Position numbers and translations under genes: made by a program
Shown: positions 61,395 to 64,000 of the stretch, one piece after another
Layout of the letters: the number at the start of each line of letters is the position of its first letter
Numbering within the stretch: position 1 is the first letter of the stretch
The notes under the pieces: model-generated
What the model was told of the DNA's origin: nothing
The model's database searches: none
The model's input: only the letters and a program-made list of their open reading frames with translations
NCBI GenBank assembly: GCA_010909165.1
Contig: MU008172.1
Location: 930,001 to 994,000 of the forward strand
Length of the DNA: 64,000 bases
Direction: 5' to 3'
Source: Anthoceros angustus
Taxonomy: Eukaryota; Plantae; Anthocerotophyta

Positions 61395-63602
61395 ATGGCG
61401 CATCCGCTGCTGTGCGTTGGCGCAGCCGAGCACCCTGCAGCTGTATGCCAGTCGGCCGCGGGCTATGGCTCTTGCGCTTTGTCCAGGGCTGGCCCAGGCA
61501 GGGTTTGCGGACTGCAGCAGCTGCCAGCGCAATCCGGTGGCTGCAAGCCGCGCCATCTCTGCTACGTCCATGCTTCGCCCCGACACGCGGCTTCCCGGAA
61601 GCCGCGGAGATGGCTGAAGGCAGCCGCAGGGGATGGCGGGGAGGATGCGGCGCGGGATGGGGCGGACCCTAGTGATGGCCCCGAGGGGGAGGTCGGGGTG
61701 CACATCGAGATAGCGCCCTCGGTGTTGAAGCAATTCGGGGGCGACGGTGGGGACGGGCCCAGCTTCAGCACCAGTCTCATCGACAGGAATCAGAAGAAGC
61801 GGAAGGTCCAGAAGGAAGCAGCCACTGCCACTGCTGGTGATGTTGTCGCGCAGGGGAGCAAGTTGGATTCGCATCTCGCTGCGCTAGACAGGCTGTTGGG
61901 GCCGAGAGTGGACAAGTACGCTTCTCCCGCGCCTTCCCCGTTCCCGCCTGCTTCGCCTCCGGAGCCCAGGGTTGTGCAGAGGCAGGATGAAGCGGAGGCG
62001 GAGGAGGGTGAGGAGGAGAAGGAGGAGAAGGAGCAGAGGATAGACGACCGGATAAGGTATGGCACAGCCTTGCTGAACCAGCCGGCCATTGAGTACCAGC
62101 TGGAGCTGGATATCGACACCTCGGAGTGGTGGTATCCGCGGGCCGTGCTGCTGTGGACCACCTTCAGGGCTTCCCTGATCAGGATGAAGGACGTGGATGA
62201 TGAAAGCTACGAGGAGAACATGGACAGGGAGGCGGCCTTCCTCATGAATGCTGTTTGGGGCGAGTATGATCCCAAGGAAGTTCTGGACACCAATTTCCGT
62301 CAGGTACAGTCTTCCTCTGATATGGTATCTCGCGTGTTTGTGGGGGCTGATGGGAAGGGAATCAATGAGCAAAGTGATTCAGGCAAAGAGTGGCTTTTTC
62401 TGGCCGACATGTACAACGCACCGGGTAAGAGGCCTAGTCTTGTCTCGACGTGGGGCGAGAGAGAGTGGCTTGCGAAGAATGTGTTCGAGGGATCGTCGTT
62501 CAACTTGATAGGGGACGGCCTCAAATGTCAGCATGGATTGCTGTTTTTCGGAACCATTTCCGGGGTTTCAGCCGCCCAAGCGAGGCAGGAACTGCAGGAA
62601 CGCATGGACAAGAATTATTTCTTCAAATTCTTGCCCGTCCTGCTCAGGGAAGTCGGAGATGAGGAGGAAGTTCAATGCCTGGTATGCTCTCCGCAAAATC
62701 TGCTGTCTCTGCGAATTCCCGAGGAATACCAGGCTCTCATCCTGTTCGGGCTCTCCTTGGGAGTTGCATTTGGTGCTTCCCAAGTGGTGTCGGCAGATCC
62801 TTCGCCAAACGGTTTGTCACTGTGGGAGCGGTGTATCGTACCTATGGGGCTTCTGTCCGTCATGAGTTTAAGCCATGTCGTAAAAAAAGCTGTTGCTTCT
62901 GCTCACGGCGTGTCGCACCAGGTAATGCTGCCTTTGTACTTGCCGGCTCCTCACCTTGGAGCTCTGGCCGCTTCTACTTCCTACTTGGGGTGCCTCCCCA
63001 ACCGGAAATGTGTACTTGATCTGTCGGTTTACAGCAGTCTGGCATCTCTCACGCTGTCGAGCCTCTTCATCCTGGCCAGTTCAACGTCTTCTCTTTCTCC
63101 CCAGGCGCAGGGCATTTCCAAGGCGGTGGCAGACATGACAGGGTTTGTGGCCGTTCCCTCGGATATTATAGCGCATTCAGGTCCTCTTACATGGCTGTTG
63201 AATCACCTGGCCGTTGCCACTTCCTCCACAGATGCCGGTGGGGTTAATGTGTTGAGCCCCTGGGCGCTTGCTGGTGTTTTGGGACTTCACATCACTGCCA
63301 TGACTCTGCTGCCTATAGGGATTCTGGACGGGGGCCGAATTATCACTGCTCTCTTGGGGCGTGGATGGCGCTTTCTGAAATTCCTGGTGTATGTGGCAGT
63401 GGCCGCCTCCATTGGTGCGTCGGGTTCCTTCTCGTCCGCAGCTACGTGGTCACTTTTCATCTTACAGATATCGGGAGATGACTGGTATCAACTGGACGAG
63501 GTCACTGAGCCGAATCTGTTCACAAAGCTTGTAGCCTGCATTCTGCTTCTGGCAGGAGCAGCTTGTTTCCTTGTGCCTATCACGGCATTGCCATCCGTCT
63601 AA
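61395..63602 (+). CDS. EGY-like site-2-protease (M50) family membrane protein without HExxH, intronless
   Basis: C-terminal TM region with LPLYLPAPHLGAL, LPNRKCVLDL, TAMTLLPIGILDGGRI, DEVTEP. ORF is open from 61059; the ATG at 61395 gives a transit-peptide-like N-terminus. Confidence 0.75.
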   Translation: MAHPLLCVGAAEHPAAVCQSAAGYGSCALSRAGPGRVCGLQQLPAQSGGCKPRHLCYVHASPRHAASRKPRRWLKAAAGDGGEDAARDGADPSDGPEGEVGVHIEIAPSVLKQFGGDGGDGPSFSTSLIDRNQKKRKVQKEAATATAGDVVAQGSKLDSHLAALDRLLGPRVDKYASPAPSPFPPASPPEPRVVQRQDEAEAEEGEEEKEEKEQRIDDRIRYGTALLNQPAIEYQLELDIDTSEWWYPRAVLLWTTFRASLIRMKDVDDESYEENMDREAAFLMNAVWGEYDPKEVLDTNFRQVQSSSDMVSRVFVGADGKGINEQSDSGKEWLFLADMYNAPGKRPSLVSTWGEREWLAKNVFEGSSFNLIGDGLKCQHGLLFFGTISGVSAAQARQELQERMDKNYFFKFLPVLLREVGDEEEVQCLVCSPQNLLSLRIPEEYQALILFGLSLGVAFGASQVVSADPSPNGLSLWERCIVPMGLLSVMSLSHVVKKAVASAHGVSHQVMLPLYLPAPHLGALAASTSYLGCLPNRKCVLDLSVYSSLASLTLSSLFILASSTSSLSPQAQGISKAVADMTGFVAVPSDIIAHSGPLTWLLNHLAVATSSTDAGGVNVLSPWALAGVLGLHITAMTLLPIGILDGGRIITALLGRGWRFLKFLVYVAVAASIGASGSFSSAATWSLFILQISGDDWYQLDEVTEPNLFTKLVACILLLAGAACFLVPITALPSV

Positions 63603-64000
63603 TATGGTCGTCCGGACCGCCATGCCCCAGGCGACAAATCCTAGGCTGGGCATGGGCGTCCGCTTCCGTCGGGCCTGACCATGGAGCGCACGCAGTCCTG
63701 TCACAACTCGTCACCTGTGAGTGCATTATACACGCGGAATGCGGCCTTGTATGGTGCTCAATTTCTGAGGTGGCCTGGATGCCATGCTCTCCCGGCAACC
63801 AGATAGATGCCAAGCTGCGATGATCATGAACCCTAACCCTGAATGGAGGTTAAGCACTGACGAAAAAAGCAAGGATGGATGCCATTTCCTGAGCTGGCAT
63901 CTTGTCTTTGGTCACGGTTTTCTGCAATATTTGACACCTCAGAAGCCGTCGAGATGTACCTGCTCTGTTTGTACAAAGGCCCGCTGCTCTGTTAAATATG

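Overview
Eukaryotic, gene-dense plant DNA with short GT-AG introns. The PLS-type PPR gene and the compact gene structure suggest a seed-free land plant such as a hornwort, which is an inference only. Host genes from left to right: malectin-like LRR receptor kinase, full-size ABCB transporter, [TE block ~10.7-36.8 kb], NTMC2T5-like SMP/C2 protein, non-RD LRR receptor kinase, PLS-E PPR, small Zn-ribbon/OB-fold gene, ELF5/WBP11, GDP-L-fucose synthase, LBP/BPI protein, and an EGY-like M50 protein lacking HExxH. The TE block is a broken Ty3/gypsy element with two DNA transposons nested in it. One is a CACTA-like element with CCCTA termini and a TTT target duplication. The other, the best candidate for a novel system, is bounded by perfect 30-bp TIRs (11740-11769 / 25598-25627). 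It carries an intron-containing Sola-like transposase on the + strand and, divergently on the - strand, a frameshifted gene joining a ParB/Srx-like domain to a prokaryote-type beta-class N4-cytosine/N6-adenine DNA methyltransferase, plus a possible GNAT-like ORF. At least six 0.8-2 kb tandem duplications whose copies differ mainly by 1-nt indels suggest local long-read assembly noise. Frameshifts and copy numbers should therefore be checked against raw reads. All family calls come from motif recognition by eye; no searches were run.
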